Numbered from the stretch's first letter, positions 1 to 14,638 are shown. The stretch is 64,000 nucleotides of DNA from Octopus vulgaris (GCA_951406725.2 OX597822.1:6386001-6450000); one strand, 5' to 3'. Program-made: numbers and translations. Notes: generated by a model not told the origin, from the letters alone.

Positions 1-779
1 AAAAGGGAAATATTCCTTTTCTATAAGAGTAGCTTTGGGCTTAGAATTCCGTATTTTCTCTACCAATTTGCTATCTATTTTAGATAACAATGGCATATTT
101 GATTTATAATAGATAAGTAAAAATTAAGAGCGCAGAATTCTTTCTCCTGCAAAGGTAGAACAGGCATTTGCTGCCCCGAAAGATGATAAAATGTATGTGT
201 CTGTTGAAGCATATTTCGAAATGAAGAAGAGAATAAGAACGCCACAAATTCGTATTTTGGGGGAATAATCATTTTAATTAGTTCCATATTCAGAGCTGCA
301 GCCATGCTGGAGCACCACCACTAAAATATATTTTAATATATTTCCACATATATTTCAATGTATTTTAATTCTTACATTTATGTTTCCTGGATCTATCAAT
401 ACGCCGCTTCCTAATGTTCCGCCAAACTTGAATAATAATCTAATGTACATTGTGTTGTGTATAATTAGTTAATTAAAAAATAAATATTTATGCAGATATG
501 ACTGATACTTTTTAGATTTAAATAGCTGTTATCTATTAATCCCCTCGGAGACAGTAAAAGAACAGTACTTGGTCTTCGATGAATCTTGAGGAAAAAATGC
601 AGCCGCTCAGAGCAATCTTGATATTTTCCTTGTATAAAGAGGAATATTAGATAAGTTTACATTTGTTTAAATTTAGTGAAGGTACTTGTGATTAAAAATG
701 ATTACAAATATATAATTATATATTCTTTACTTTTTGAGTCTGGAAAAAGAAGCATTGCTCTCGACTTTTGTAAGGTCAC

Positions 780-1440
780 CGAGATCAGCAAGACCATTTA
801 AAATTTTGTAAATGAACATCTGCTGGAAATACATGAGGAGGGAGAAAAGTCGAAAAATTTGATGTTGTTGGTAGGAAGGTAAGATTATAGTGGTTAGTGC
901 GAGGTTGATGAGGTTGGCTCGAACAAGAATAGCGAATGGAGGAAAATGAGTATTTCTGAGTAGTTCAGTAGAGGAGTCACGAAACCAGCCAGATTTGAGG
1001 AGCAGAGGCTACAACTCTTGCCATAGAAAATCCAGAAAGAGAAGGTAGCACACACGTGGCCCAGAGTTAGGATTGCGTCCCTTTCGGATTAAGCTGTGTC
1101 TGTAGTAGTAACACTGTCCAAGATACGGGAGTCCTCTGTGGGCCTCGCTTATACCACGTAGAGTGCTAGCAGCTGTTAGTGACTGAAATATTTCCCCATA
1201 GGAGAAAAGGGACAACTTTTGAGATACGACTCTATCTATTATAAAGACTGACATTCACAAGGAGAAATCCTTAGTTTTAGTTAGGTACAGAATGTGAAGT
1301 AACTGAGTACCCGTCATATTTAGGAGGGGTTATTGTAATTGTGCCTTCTTAACATGAATTGTATTTGAGATTTTTGCTGTTTGGAGAGCAATTTGCGTCT
1401 GGCCTATATCAAACATATATTGTGCTGTGCATTCATAATT
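780..1440 (-). pseudogene. Highly decayed LINE (CR1/L2-like) reverse transcriptase C-terminal remnant
   Basis: Minus strand reads ...MFIYKILNGLADL near 820-780, resembling the DLIxxYKIxxG terminal motif of CR1/L2 ORF2. Weaker KD(L)G-like motif near 1275. Many stops and frameshifts. Confidence 0.35.
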
Positions 1441-1460
1441 AATATTGCAGGTAAAAATAT

Positions 1461-1698
1461 ACTCTCTACTCTCTTTACTCTTTTACTTGTTTCAGTCATT
1501 TGATTGTGGCCATGCTGGAGCACCGCTTTTAGTCGAGCAAATCGACCCCAGAACTTATTCTTTGTAAGCCTAGTACTTATTCTATCGGTCTCTTTTGCCG
1601 AACGGCTACGTTACGGGGAAGTAAACACACCAGCATCGGTTGTCAAACGATGTCGGGGGGGGGGGGCAAACACAGACATACAAATGTATACACACACG

Positions 1699-1730
<32 letters not shown>

Positions 1731-1901
1731 CATATATAAGACGGGCTTCTTTCAGTTTCGGTCTACCAAATCCGCTCACATGGCTTTGGTCTGCTCGAGG
1801 CTTTACTAGAAGACACTTGGCCAGGGTGCCACGCAGTGGGACTGAACCCAGAACCATGTGGTTGGTAAGCAAGCTACTTACCACACAACCACTCCTACGT
1901 C
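1461..1901 (-). mobile_element. tRNA-derived SINE, family A (octopus-type), near full length
   Basis: Minus-strand head AGGAGTGGTTGTGTGGTAAG...GGTTCAGTCCC has Pol III A/B-box-like motifs. Internal (CA)n(TA)n. Body matches copies at 15836, 43917 and 54985. Confidence 0.85.
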
Positions 1902-2399
1902 TTATCTTCTTTATAAGCCATTTAGAATATAATCACATGTATCTAAAGGTTTAAGTCAATATATAAATAATATGTCAAAACATATTTTGATGGAAAGTGA
2001 ATTCGCAATCTCAAAGTATACAACTTTGCAGCTAAGAGATAATTAGAAGAGTTAGGAAGTATAGTTAATGCAAAAGAAATATCGTTGACTTTTGAGTTAG
2101 AGAAATATGATTCTATATTGAAATGCTTACACGTTGTCTCAGTATTTAGTTATCAAAATCGATACTAAAGCACTGAAAGTGTTGCTCGTATGCCAACATA
2201 CCTCCGGTTTACAATACTGGATTTGATTATTACTGAGAATCATTAAGAAGTGAACAGTAACAGCTGTTTGAGTAACCTTCAGTTACCATTTAAAATGACG
2301 CTGTAATTGTCTATCAAATATATGTTATTTAATAAACGCACTGCTTACCCTTTTCATGCTAGAAGCAACTAGTTGCTCCCTGCATTTTCTTTAGATAAA

Positions 2400-3623
2400 A
2401 ATAACTTGAAAACTTTGATGACATTTCAAGTCAATATCAACCGAAAAGCCAACATTCTTAGATTGGAAATTTTATAACTTCAAATATATTTTCTTTTCCA
2501 TAGAGTGTGTCTTCCCTTATAAAATGTAACTTATAGATGACAGAATGTAGAAATAGAATAGTTATATATCGTAGCCATTATAAAGCTGCCAGCAGTTGTG
2601 GACTTCAAAATCAATTGCACACGGTTCTCAAAAGCAGTATTATTTAAGTCTACGGGAAGGGATTTCATGACAGTTGGCAACTATCTGTGTTACTGAATTA
2701 CAATACGTAAAATAAGATCTTACGATACACTACCCTATCAATGAACATTATCACTTTTAAGTTAGTGGCGTAAAGGAGAAGATTTGACAAACCAAAAATT
2801 TCTACTACATTAACTACTTGTTTATATTGTGAGCAATTTGTTTTGTTTTCTGAAATGTCCTGCTGAATAGTTATATATTATACGAATTCTTGCAACGTTC
2901 TCGACATATTCTGCCTCATTTGATGTGATGTACGGACGGATTCTAAGCAACAGGTATGCTGAGTGTACCTGTGTGTAACTGTAAAATTTTATTTTCCATT
3001 CGAATTACGTAAATTTGTTTACCTCTTTCTTTCTTAGCAGCAGTATTCTTATACTTCATTATTGAAATTGTGATTCCAAGACATTAATATCCATTTTTGT
3101 GGATAAACTTAAGAGTTCCTTTTAAACTAAAGATCAATGACCGTTCTTCCGAATAGTCAAATTTACCTTCGATTATCAATGATTTAATCACTTGGTGTTG
3201 TTTTTAACCTAAACAATCCTTATCGAGTAAACGTACAATCTAACGATTTCATGTCCTGACTATCTCGTCCTTCTGTTCTGCTAAAATATGTTCTCTTACA
3301 ACATCATCTAATGTAGGGGTGTGGGGCGGAATTGGGCCGGCACCCAAATATAACCTGCCCTTCGATTCTATTTTATTCAAGCACTGGTTTCTCAAGAACA
3401 AAGTATTCATATGAGCGATTTCTATCGCTATGAACGTTCTAAAACTTTTTACATAATATCCTTATTTCTCTCCTTTTTTCTCTCCTTGTTTTCTGTGTCC
3501 CTTTCTGTAGAAGGGCGTAGGCAGGAAACGTAAAAGACTTTTTCTATTCCTGAGCGTTATACTAATACATCTGTTTGTTTTGTACACCACCTGTCTTCGT
3601 CTTTTGTTTATTTCGTAAACTCT

Positions 3624-3626
<3 letters not shown>
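2400..3626 (+). mobile_element. Decayed Penelope-like element remnant ending in a pseudo-LTR with a minimal hammerhead-like motif (3501-3536)
   Basis: Traces of FLDI (RT) near 2900 and C..CG...IG-like (GIY-YIG) near 3310-3345. The 3' segment CTTT-CTGTAGA-A..GAAAC-GTA-AAAG is related to 55560-55700(-). Ends at (TA)n. Confidence 0.4.

Positions 3627-3673
<47 letters not shown>
3627..3673. repeat. (TA)n microsatellite
   Basis: Direct reading. Similar tracts at ~8540, 8757, 11645-11880, 14590-14810, 16495-16625, 26857, 28190, 54745, 58942-59063 and 62080. Confidence 0.95.
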
Positions 3674-3677
<4 letters not shown>

Positions 3678-6600
3678 TAGATGATTTTCTTACGCATATC
3701 TAGGTATGCAAACTTATCAAACGTCTCATATTACACCTTTCCCTTTTTGTTATAACGTAGTGATGATATATATTGAATACTTAATCCGTTTATTTTCGCG
3801 TAAAACATGAAGTGGTTTGGGGAATAATTTTTCATGAGATCTCGTTTATATTTCAATCTGAGTTCCATAGCCAAACCTGTTCCACACTTCATTATCAATT
3901 GGATACATTAATATCCATTTTATAATGAACACGTGAGTAGAAGGAAATTTGGCTATCACTATTCCAAGATAGTGAAACATACCGTTTCATTATCTTAGAA
4001 CTGAGGGTATTAAAGGTAACTAACTTAAATTAAATGCTCCAATGTATTTACATTTGCATCTTTCAACAAAATGAAAATCGTACAGTTATCAATTTTTTGT
4101 CTCTCCCGGGTGTTTAAGAAATATGCTGCAGGCTATTTAGTCGGTCATAGCTTATTTACAGAACTTGCTGTAATTGTTGTTCCACAAATTCTTCATTACA
4201 TAATGGACGATATTTTCTTGTTGGAAAATACATTATTTTTAAAGTCAACCAAGCTGAATGTTCTTTCTATATAACAATAGTTGGATCTAAAATACAGTTA
4301 CTACCACTCATTTCAGAAGACCTTCGACAATGAAGGAATCTATAGTGTTGAATCTATGTGTTTCCATACAAATCACTTTATATGAATCGTGTGGTTACTA
4401 TCTATAGACTAGTCTAATTCCACAACATAAAATTGTAATTGGTTGCCACTTGTTGAGACATCATATTCCATTTTGAGAGACATCTGCTGAAGTTTTTTTA
4501 TGGAGAGTTTCTGATAAAAAATCAATATTTGGTCATACCTGACATATTATATCGCTTTAAGTTTCTGAATATGAAAATAAGAACTAAAAATATTGATTTC
4601 TATTGACAATGTATACACATATAAGCAGTCGACTGAAGTGGCCTTTGTACATATCAGTATTTGATTTATCGACCCTAGATAGAATTCCAAATTGAGGAGA
4701 GAGGGAGAGAGAGAGAGACAGAGAGTGAGAGGGAGAGAGAAAAAGAAAAAGGATGAAAGAGAAAGAAAGAGAGAAAGTGGGATTAAATTTAATAATGTAA
4801 CGTATTTAGTCTACGATTCTGTCGTCTTTTAAACTCTCTATCCATTAATAAACAACAAAGCCAGGTTTTGTATAGAAAAACGCGCCATCTTTTATAAAAA
4901 CACGTAGAAATACAACTTTAAGGCAGTCTCGGAGAGATTCGAACTCTGCGGTAAGGGCTTGAAAGTAAATTATACCAAACATTCGTTGAAATATTATTAC
5001 ACCTCAGTTACCTCAGTTATTTCGAAGCGAAAATATTGAGGCTAACTACACAAAGTTGTGAGCAAACACAGAACTGAAAATCAATAGTGTTTGTAGAATT
5101 CCCTCAATATGTTTACTAACTTTCATAATAAACTGAACAAATGTATTTACTTTGATTTTTCAATAATGCTTTTTGCTTATTTTCTTAATATCCGTTACAA
5201 GCATGTATTGTATAGCATTTTATTTTTCTTTTGGAGCAGGTGTATTTTTACAGCTGGGTTACCTTACTAATGGCAATCATTCAGCTATGAAGTGATGTTG
5301 TACCTGGTTTTCTGCTAGACTTATTGCGGAAAGAGGAGAAATGTTGCCTTAGTTAGAATAACGATGCAATGACTGTGACAGTTTTCACACGCATGAAAGC
5401 AAATATTTGCCATACAAAAATAATTGCTTCTAACACAGGAATGAAGTCGAAGACTCTTTTACTTTATTCTATTTTATTTCATTTGAGGAGGTGGGGTGGG
5501 GGATGTGTGGAATGGTGACACTGACGGTTTGATTTTCTAACAACTCCAGAAATAATAACTATAACGTGATCTTGCATATTTCATGTTAGAAATATTTGGC
5601 TTTACAAAATTTTACATCCAATTTCTATACTTTTATCTTTTTCAATGAATACGCAAATTTCAGATATTTTTTTTTTATTATCTGTTTTGTCTAAGCGAAT
5701 GATATAAAACTGGCTTACTTTCTGATTCGAAGATGAATGTTCAAGACACACCAAACATATTTCTGTGATTTTACATACAATACGGTATTGTATTAGTGTT
5801 GCAGTTGTTCTTGTTCTTTTTCTTCCTGGTACAGAATGTATCCAAGATACGTGAAGGAATCGGAGGTGGTATAAATTCCCTTAACGCCGTTGTTATTATC
5901 GCTGGTGCTCATTTACGAAAGAATAATCTAAATTTATAAATGATCTAAGAACAGTTCGGCGTTGGGGAGCTGGAGAAACGAACAAACTTGTCCAATACTG
6001 GAAGAATGTAGCTGAAGAATTACATGCGTAGAATTAGGGCTCGATGTTAAAAGGCGTAATAAAACACCCGAGAAATGTTTGCTCATTTCTTTTCTAATTC
6101 CTTTATGAACAGGTAAAAAAACAGTGATGGATTTTCATTTTGCATTAAACCAACCATTTCTAAGTATTGAATAAATACAAGGAAGGTATCAATAATAATT
6201 ATTGCTGCTAGCCATTGTGTGAGGTATAACCAACTCAGCGGGATTTCAAGTGAGAACTCTGGATTTGTAAATATGTAAAGAATTATAGAAATGGACGAAG
6301 TACTTCTCTGTGTTTTCTTCCAATTTCCCACCGAAGCCAACACTGTTTTTTTTCCAGTTTGCAAAATATAAACAGAATTATTCCCTCATATTATACCCTA
6401 CCATCATAAAGAGATATGTTAAAACACATTATAGTGAATGCTAAACGGTATTTCGTCATAGATATATTACTCACTTGAGTTTAAATAATAAAAATAATTT
6501 ATCACTGTATATTAAGTAAGTTATATATTTCCGAAGCATATTAATCGAAAATTATTTTTTGGATGTCATTTTATTTCGGGAGTTCAAATATACCAAATAT

Positions 6601-7829
6601 ATACATGCACATTGATTGTATTTATAGATCTTTTGTCGATAATTCTTAATTTTTTGTTTCGGTTACCAATTTATACCCAACCTGCTTTAAGTCGTTGACC
6701 ATAACGTACGATGCAAGCGTGCATACAATATACCGGAAAAGAAGATATTCTGAATGTTGGTTAAATGGTGTCCTCTAAGAAAATGAAAGTTGTTCTGTGT
6801 GCTAACAAAATCCACGAGCGGTGGTCAGTACATCTTCGCTGGGCTTATAGAGTTGAACTTTGTAAAAACTAATTATCTACATAGATGTACTTTTGCTTCT
6901 TAATTTTGAAAAGTGCGTTCATTTTTGGAGAACTTAATAACCCGTGAAGATATAAATGTCTGATAATGTTGGCCAATCATATCCCTCTATTCAGTGAAAC
7001 GACGTCCTGCTCTTCTTGACGTACTCTTATAGTTTTTGGTTTCGATATGCGCGTAAGGAACATAGCATCTTGTTAATATTTTAAAATACAAAATTTTAAA
7101 AGAGAATAATGAAAACTGAAACAAAATAGTTAACGTTTGCTATAAAATATTGCGATGTTGAAAACACCTAACCATAATCGATCGCCCTAAACCTAACTCT
7201 ATTGTTTTAATTTTCTGTCATCGAATTCTTTTCATTCATGAATGTAAAAAAATATGGCAATCTCCGGTTTCTCGATAATGGAAAGATACGATTAGCTAAA
7301 AACACTAGAAATCCTAATTTCTAAAAGTTCTTAATTTCCCCGAAGAATGAGTGTGATTTTGTAAGTAACATGCAAAACTATCCAAATGTAAAGTATTGCA
7401 CTAGAATCCGGCTTTGTATGTCAAATTGAAAATATTCGGCGACTATAACCTGTAAAGAGGTATTTCCCAGAATACCCTCGCAAACATAACACGATTCATA
7501 CAAACAACACTATTCACCAGTCTTTCAGAAGGAATCACAATAGAAACGATATCAGAAACAGTAGCAGTAAAGTTGATTATTGAATCTTGTATCGTTATAA
7601 TGCGGTAGAGTCAAAGGTGCTAATGACAATCATACAGATTGATTGCAGTTATTATTCACTTGTTAATTGGTTTAAATAACAAATGATTTCCTACTCTCAT
7701 CACAACGCTGAGATATTAACAGCCAAATGAGATAATAATCAAGTATATATTATTCATTCTGAGTAAATGTATTTACCATAAGCATTTACAACTCTGACAA
7801 ATGAGAAACAACAACAATGAAAATAATAA

Positions 7830-7935
7830 CGGTCTCAAATTTTGGCTCAAGTCCAGTAAATTCAGGGGAGGGTTTGAGGCAATTATATCGACTCCAGTGC
7901 CCAATCGGTACTTATTTTGTCGACCGCGAAAGGTA
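7830..7935 (-). mobile_element. SINE family B 3' fragment
   Basis: Matches the reverse complement of the GTCGAxAAAATAAGTACC...CTGGxGTCGAT core seen at 49515-49845. Confidence 0.6.
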
Positions 7936-8536
7936 TGTTAAAGGCATACGTAGTAGTAAAGGCCTATCAAACTAAGGCCATTCTTTTAACAAAATATATT
8001 AATTGTCCTAAAAATGGGCACAGTGTGGTTCAATCTCTTTCTTTTTATCTTCTTACACATTATTGCACATTCTACACACATCGTACGGTTTTCCGAACTT
8101 CTTTTTCCCAGTTCCTCGGTTTTTTTACTATTTTCCTGAACTCTTTTGTGTTCTAGGAATTTGAATTTTTCACACTTTTTTCTTTCCTTCAAATGTTAGC
8201 ATTTGCCATCCTTACTGGGTTTCGTTTATGCACTCGCACACACATAAATAAAACCTTCCACCAGGCTCTCGACATCTCAATGATTCCTTAGCGCCTTTAT
8301 TCACGCACACATGACGTCACACCTTCATACACATGCTTCCCCGAAGCGTAATACTTCAGTAACTTGCATTCTTCTTCACACATTTATACACCACATCAAC
8401 GCACAACATTCTACAAAACGCTCTCTTCCAAATCATGCCTCAAAGCATTCACACTTCTTCCTAATAAATTTCTTTCTACGATTCACATTTTCTCGCATCC
8501 CTTGCCCATAATACATTTCTTTTTATACACTAAGTG

Positions 8537-8572
<36 letters not shown>

Positions 8573-8752
8573 ATAAACATAGTTTTGACTTTAAGAGTCC
8601 CTCCTAGCGTGTGGCATTTATGTGTAATAATACCCTCTATATAGTATAAATAAATATATCTAAGTGAAAAAATTGATGGACTCTTATTCTCTTATGAAGT
8701 TTTTCACGCTAACTACTTGATAATTCTTATGAAGATTGTATCCTATTTTTAA

Positions 8753-8825
<73 letters not shown>

Positions 8826-9419
8826 CTGTATATATACATACATATATATATGTATATGTATATATCATTACAGTTTTTCAATAGAATTCAGATCCAGCAT
8901 TGGGAGTTACGATGTTTTGTATCCGAATACGTTTGTGTGAACAACGCGATCGAAGATAGAAATATAGGTAACGTATGTATATACATATTTCAAGAGTTAC
9001 CGCTGTTTTCATCAGCACCAGACCCAACGTAAAGCGAAATGTTGTGTGACATACTGTGTCTTTGCTAGCAATAAATATTTATTGCTGTCAAGAATGGGTT
9101 TAATAAGTAAATAGGTCTATCTCCAATAGTGCTACTCTCCTAAACTTAATGGGTATTTAAGCAATGCGTTCGTGAAAAGCTGACGGGTTGGAGGTGATGC
9201 TGATGAAAGAGCAATAACTTTTGATATCCATCACCAGTTTGTTTGTCTTCGATTGCCTTTGCATAAAGGTTAGCATATGATACGTCGTACTTTATAAACG
9301 CTGACACTCTGCAGGCTCTGAATTCCATAGAAAATTTGCAGCGATACACTTAAAATCCTGAATATTGCAACGCTAACACAAACGTAAGGCACAATATTGA
9401 CTTGTGAAAGATTTGGCTG

Positions 9420-10581
9420 TACGTGGAGGTAACCTAAAGAAACCTGAATTTTGCAATATTCACATGTTTACACTTTTATCGCCTGCAGAGTATTCTCCAT
9501 TTCAAACACTGCAACGGTCTAGATGCATTTACCACTTTTCGAAGAATTCCTGGGTTTCTTGCCATTTAACGCATTCATCGTTTTGTTCGTTCACCTCTTC
9601 CACATCTGCAAAACGTTTTCCTTTAAGGATTTTTTCATTCGGGGGAACAAAAAACTCGAAAGGAGCAAGATTCGGGTGAAAATAGAGGGTAGGTAAGCAG
9701 GGACATGCAGTGTGTGCAGGCGCATTGTCATGATAAATCCACCGCCTCCCACATTGCCACAGGTCGTGGCGTTTTCATCTCATTGCGTCTCGCGATCGCT
9801 TTAGGATTGCCAAGTAAAATGTCTGGTTAGCAGTTTCACCAGAAGTAACAAATCATGAGTGAAGAATTCCTTTCCCATCGTTGAAACTACACATTAAGCA
9901 TCATCTGGACATTGGATTTCACTTGACGCGTTTCTTTGGGACATCGTGACATTGAATGCTTCCATTGACTTGATTACTGCTTTGTTTCCGGGTCGTAGCC
10001 GTAGCATCACATTTGGTTATCAGCACAAACTTTGCTGTCTCTCTTTTCTTTCGCAATTCCTCGCTCAAAATTCGCTGCAGGAGCTCCAGGACACACCAGT
10101 TATAACAACAAGCTCGTCAATTATTCGGCGACGGTATTCCAAGACCAGTTCACGAATTTTCGTGATATTTTCATTCGTTCGGGAGGTCGACTGCCGCTCT
10201 TAAGGAAGCTGGTCTTCAAGCGACCAGGGATCATTCCTAAAGTGTGAAAACTCGTAAACTTGTGTGTTGCTCACTGCATTGGCCTTGTAAGTTGTTTGAA
10301 GCATGACAACTGTTTCAGTCGCCGTTTTCCTCAACAGAAAACAGCATTTCACAGACGCACTCTGTTCATTCGTTTTAGTCATCGCAAAATTCGTCGAACC
10401 GGGAAGAAGCACTGCAAAAAAAAAAGACGCACCACATTGTATTACGATAGTAACCGACGACACCAGTCGGCAGACTGATGCCTGAGTGTCGCATCAAGTG
10501 GCGTCTAGCAGCGGAAGCTCGAACTATTACGGGCATGTCCCACAGAGAACGTTTCCGGTTACTTTTGGGTACTCTCTCGTA
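9420..10581 (-). mobile_element. Decayed mariner (Tc1/mariner) DNA transposon with imperfect TIRs
   Basis: N-terminal HTH EQSASVKCCFLLRKTATETVVMLQTTY..AVSNTQVYE (ORF 10200-10463). C-terminal WIYHDNAPAH, (Y)SP.LAP and LKGKRFADVEEV at 9590-9745. TIR-like ends TACGTGGAGGTAACCTAAAGAAACC (9420) and GGTTACTTTTGGGTACTCTCTCGTA (ending 10581), TA-flanked. Internal deletions. Confidence 0.88.
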
Positions 10582-10859
10582 TATCGTAGTTACAAAAAAA
10601 AAAAGAAAATGAATGTCCTTACAAGCAATTTATAAAATTAAGGGGATGACAAGAGAACAGAAATTACGAAATCAACTTCATTAACTTACTGCTGTCTCTA
10701 CTATACGAAGCATTCGTAAACACATGCATATGCTCACTCCTGTTGTATTCTACAGATAGTATGAGCTGTATAGAATTCCACAAATGTGATAGGATTCAAC
10801 AGCTATTGTTTAGAACTTTATTATGAAACGAGTTCTATAATCACGACCGGAAACCTTTT

Positions 10860-11300
10860 TAGGGAAACGTCTCAGGGATTTTGTTGCTGTTCAACCTAGA
10901 CTTCATCTTTTCCGCCCACTATTGTTTGGAAGATCGTGGTGAGGGTGTATTCGGAAACCTGCAGCAGAAGCATCTGCCATTTGAGGTTTGAGCTGGATTC
11001 TCGAACAACATTAACAGAGACTCTGTATGTTATACAACCATCTCGTTCTTGGCCCACATTTAGGTCTCTTGCCTCTGGCTCGGCTTGTAGCATTTGTCTT
11101 ACCATTCTTTCCAGTGACATTCTAATTAATGTCCACAGTACCCGTGGTCTGGCCTCTCTATGAAGAGAAGTAGCGGCTCGACCTGAGGAGATACCCTGTT
11201 CTCCGAACTACGCTCCCTTTCCAGGAAGGTTACTCCATTGACAATTTTTCCGATGATGCCAATGTGGTTTACAAATTCCAAATAGCGATTGTAAAATAGT
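10860..11300 (-). pseudogene. Decayed LINE RT fragment
   Basis: IVNG...RVSPQVEPLLLFI resembles RT motif 4 (GVPQGSxLGPLLF). Otherwise degenerate. Confidence 0.3.
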
Positions 11301-11639
11301 TCTGTGTGTATCAATGATGTAACAACCATTTGTGAGGCAAAACGAACTGAAAAAATTCTACTAAAAGTTTTACAAACTTCAAAGAATTCAGTAGAACCAT
11401 TTCCATCAGAAATGCAAAACGGGGTTCACAAAATTGAACAACACTCGAATCACCGACAAAGATGCTGGAATTCAAACATTGACGAAAATTATAAAAGAAC
11501 AATCGAACACTAATTACGAATCAGAAATAAAGACATAATGGAATCTAAGGATAACCTCAAGCACAATAAGCCAATACTAAACAGAGCAAGAGTTAAACAC
11601 AGCATCAAACCACTAAGGTTGGAAACAAAATAACCAACT

Positions 11640-11640
<1 letters not shown>
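11300..11640 (+). pseudogene. Possible Penelope GIY-YIG C-terminal remnant
   Basis: Reads ..[15 protein letters not shown], resembling the ES..I...P.LN end of PLE endonucleases. Ends at (TA)n. Confidence 0.3.
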
Positions 11641-11702
<62 letters not shown>

Positions 11703-11728
11703 CATATATATATATACATATACATATC

Positions 11729-11858
<130 letters not shown>

Positions 11859-11996
11859 TATATACATATATATACATATATGGGAAACAGCATAGAGGAA
11901 CAGAAAATTTGTGGAATGTGTTAGTTGAACAAACAGTAAATACTACATAAATTATTTAACGTTGATATCCATTACAACAACAACGACCTTGTATTG

Positions 11997-12196
11997 GTTT
12001 TAAACTTCGGCACGAGGCTAGCAATTTCGAGGGTTAGAATAGTCGATCACATCGACTCCAATGCTCAACTAATGATTATTTTTATCGACCAGGAAAAGAT
12101 GAACGGTAAAGTTGACCTCGGCAAAATTTGAACTCAGACGAAACGCCGCTAAATATTTTTCCGGTTTGCTAACGATTCTGCCATGTCACCACCTTA
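11997..12196 (-). mobile_element. SINE family B, diverged copy
   Basis: Reverse complement of head GGCAGAATCGTTAGCA..GAGTTCAAATT and of the core GTCAACTTT.CC.TTCATC...GTCGATAAA. Confidence 0.75.
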
Positions 12197-12649
12197 ACCA
12201 CTTTACATATCTCCAATAAAGTACCCTCGCGCTAAAATTAAGAACATAAGTGTATCGGACATTAACTGAAAATACATCATGAAAACAACCATAATTAGAC
12301 AGAATATATTTGCGTACACTTCATCTAGGACATGATTTTGGTCTGTTTCAAAGACCAAATCGGGGACTGGATGAATTTACATTTCTGATCAAATCCACCC
12401 AATGCACGTAGTTGTCATCTGTAGGAACAATAGGCGAACAGAAATAAAGTGAACAGTGAAGAAATAAGTGTCCGGGCGTAACACTGCTTCAACATATTCC
12501 ATCACTGTGTCATGCGGGGAAGCTTGGTTCTTGGCTAGACGTATGAATGATAAACCCGGAATTCAGTCCGGAATCCCTGTGTGCTCGATCAGAGATGTTC
12601 TAGAGCTACACACCAACAGTGAAAAAGGCACAGCACCATTGTTCCCTAT

Positions 12650-13130
12650 CACAATCCCAAAATAAAACTGAATATATCCCATAAGTTTTCCACTTGATAG
12701 TATTACACAGCTTATACAATGCAGCCTCTACGCCTGATGTTGTCAACGTTCTGTAGCTTGGAACCAATTTCATTGAATGAGGTTTCATAGAGGTCCCCTC
12801 TTCATACTTTGCTAAAATATAAAACGATGTAGGTCAATCGTACCAAAATCGTTTCAATGATTTTGTCTAGATTGTGTAGTTTTGGTGATTCGAAAATGTC
12901 CAATAAAATCATATACTTAGATTTGAGGGTGAAGGCATGTTATTTGAGGTTGTTCTTATAACATGTGGGGTCGGTGTTGTTATTGTTCTAGTGAATGATG
13001 TTATCAACTTCATATAGTATTTCACTGTTTGTTCAATAGAAATGTTTGCAAATTTTCTCTTTTCCTAGGTAATTATATTTCTTGATATTTCCTAGGTTGG
13101 TTGCTTGACATTGTTTTTAATCTAACAGAA
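12650..13130 (-). pseudogene. Decayed Penelope-like RT fragment
   Basis: Minus strand FANISIEQTVKY (cf. LFTNIPxxETI), EGTSM (cf. GxxMGSP) and WKTY..DIF (cf. WxRYVDDIF) occur in the expected order. Confidence 0.4.
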
Positions 13131-14588
13131 GCTAATGTTTTGCAGTGGCCTATTATTAGTATTCCGTTACACCATTCAGAGTCTGGTCTATTTAAGTATC
13201 TATGTGAAATAGTGATGTCCCGCCGCCTTGTTGAAATTTTACTGAAATTCCTAAAGAATACTAGGACCTGCAGAAAGTAGTTATATTTGGATATATATTG
13301 TTAGTGGACGTGAACAGAAAACTGCAAGAAGCAAAATTATAGTTTCAAGTAGTTTTATTACTGGTGTTAACAAATCAAGCACATATATTTGATAATAAAA
13401 CAGAATGTGCTTAAAATACGAATATTATACTTGACTCAACTACTTCCTGAGACATATAAACATACATCGTCCTTCCTGGCATCTCTTCACATTCCCTGGT
13501 TCCTTGTGAGCTCACAGATCCACCAGAGAGACTCTATCATGCAAGGTGAGAACCATTCCCCTATGCAACCATTATTTAATATCTACACCACATATAATAA
13601 CTCACAAGACAAAAGAAAAGACGAAAAGAAAAATGTATAAAGTAATCATCACCCAATAAAATAAATGCTACTCATATAAGATATCATGCACTGCAGTCAA
13701 CAAACAACAAACTACAGTAACAGCACAAATAACGAAAGAAATATCTTTTAGCCTCCAAAGTGATATCTGGAGTGAGAGCCCACAGGCAATTAAGCCGAAA
13801 CCAAAAGGTCAATTCACATTTAATGTATCGACACTGAAACAACAAAATGCAATTTAACTGAAGCAGTTAAGAGACAAATATCTACGAACACAACGTATCC
13901 GAATCGACTCTACCAATTGCGCTACCATCCAAGATTGCAACAATAACAGCAACACTGCCAATGAGAACAATGTTAATAACGTTTGGTAACTACAAAGCTG
14001 TGTGTCAGGCTCTGTAATCTCTATCTTTCTGTCTCTCATTTCCATTACATTTCACACAGATTTTTAAAGGAAAGCGAAAAAGAGTGGAAGATGTCACGTT
14101 ATTTTCAGAAAAATTTCGTTCTTTTCAACTGAACAAATTTATAAATTGTTACGCACTTGAATAAGCAAGCGATTTGTTGGAAAAATATCATCACCTGTTT
14201 AAAATTATTCCAGTTTCAGCTGATAAATTTATTTGGTTTTTGTTAGAAAGAATGTAAAGGATGTGTAGACTATTTCTTGTTTAACTAATTTCTTTCTTTT
14301 ATTTATTTTGTGTCATAGGTGTTTACTTTTATGCCTCCCCGCTCTTTTTATCCATTGAAATGCAATTCAATTTGATTTAGCTTTGATATTTCAACCAACA
14401 GAGAGATAGATTTTTGTTGAATGAATTGGTCTTCCAGGAACACTTTCAGAGCTCTGCAGTCAGGTCATAAAAATAAAGAGAGTATTGCGTTATTCACAGA
14501 CAGAATATGTTAGAGAAAAACATTCTGAAATACGTAATATATAAGCGAAATTTTGCTTGTATGTACATACATACATACATACCCACAC

Positions 14589-14638
<50 letters not shown>

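Noticed and set aside
1380-1460. Apparent GIY-YIG (IGQT) on the minus strand
   Set aside because: Context fits a decayed LINE RT C-terminus better, and the motif is too short to support.
1800-1901. tRNA-like A/B boxes (also 25260-25330, 49515-49600)
   Set aside because: SINE heads attached to repeated bodies. No complete cloverleaf, so not called tRNA genes.
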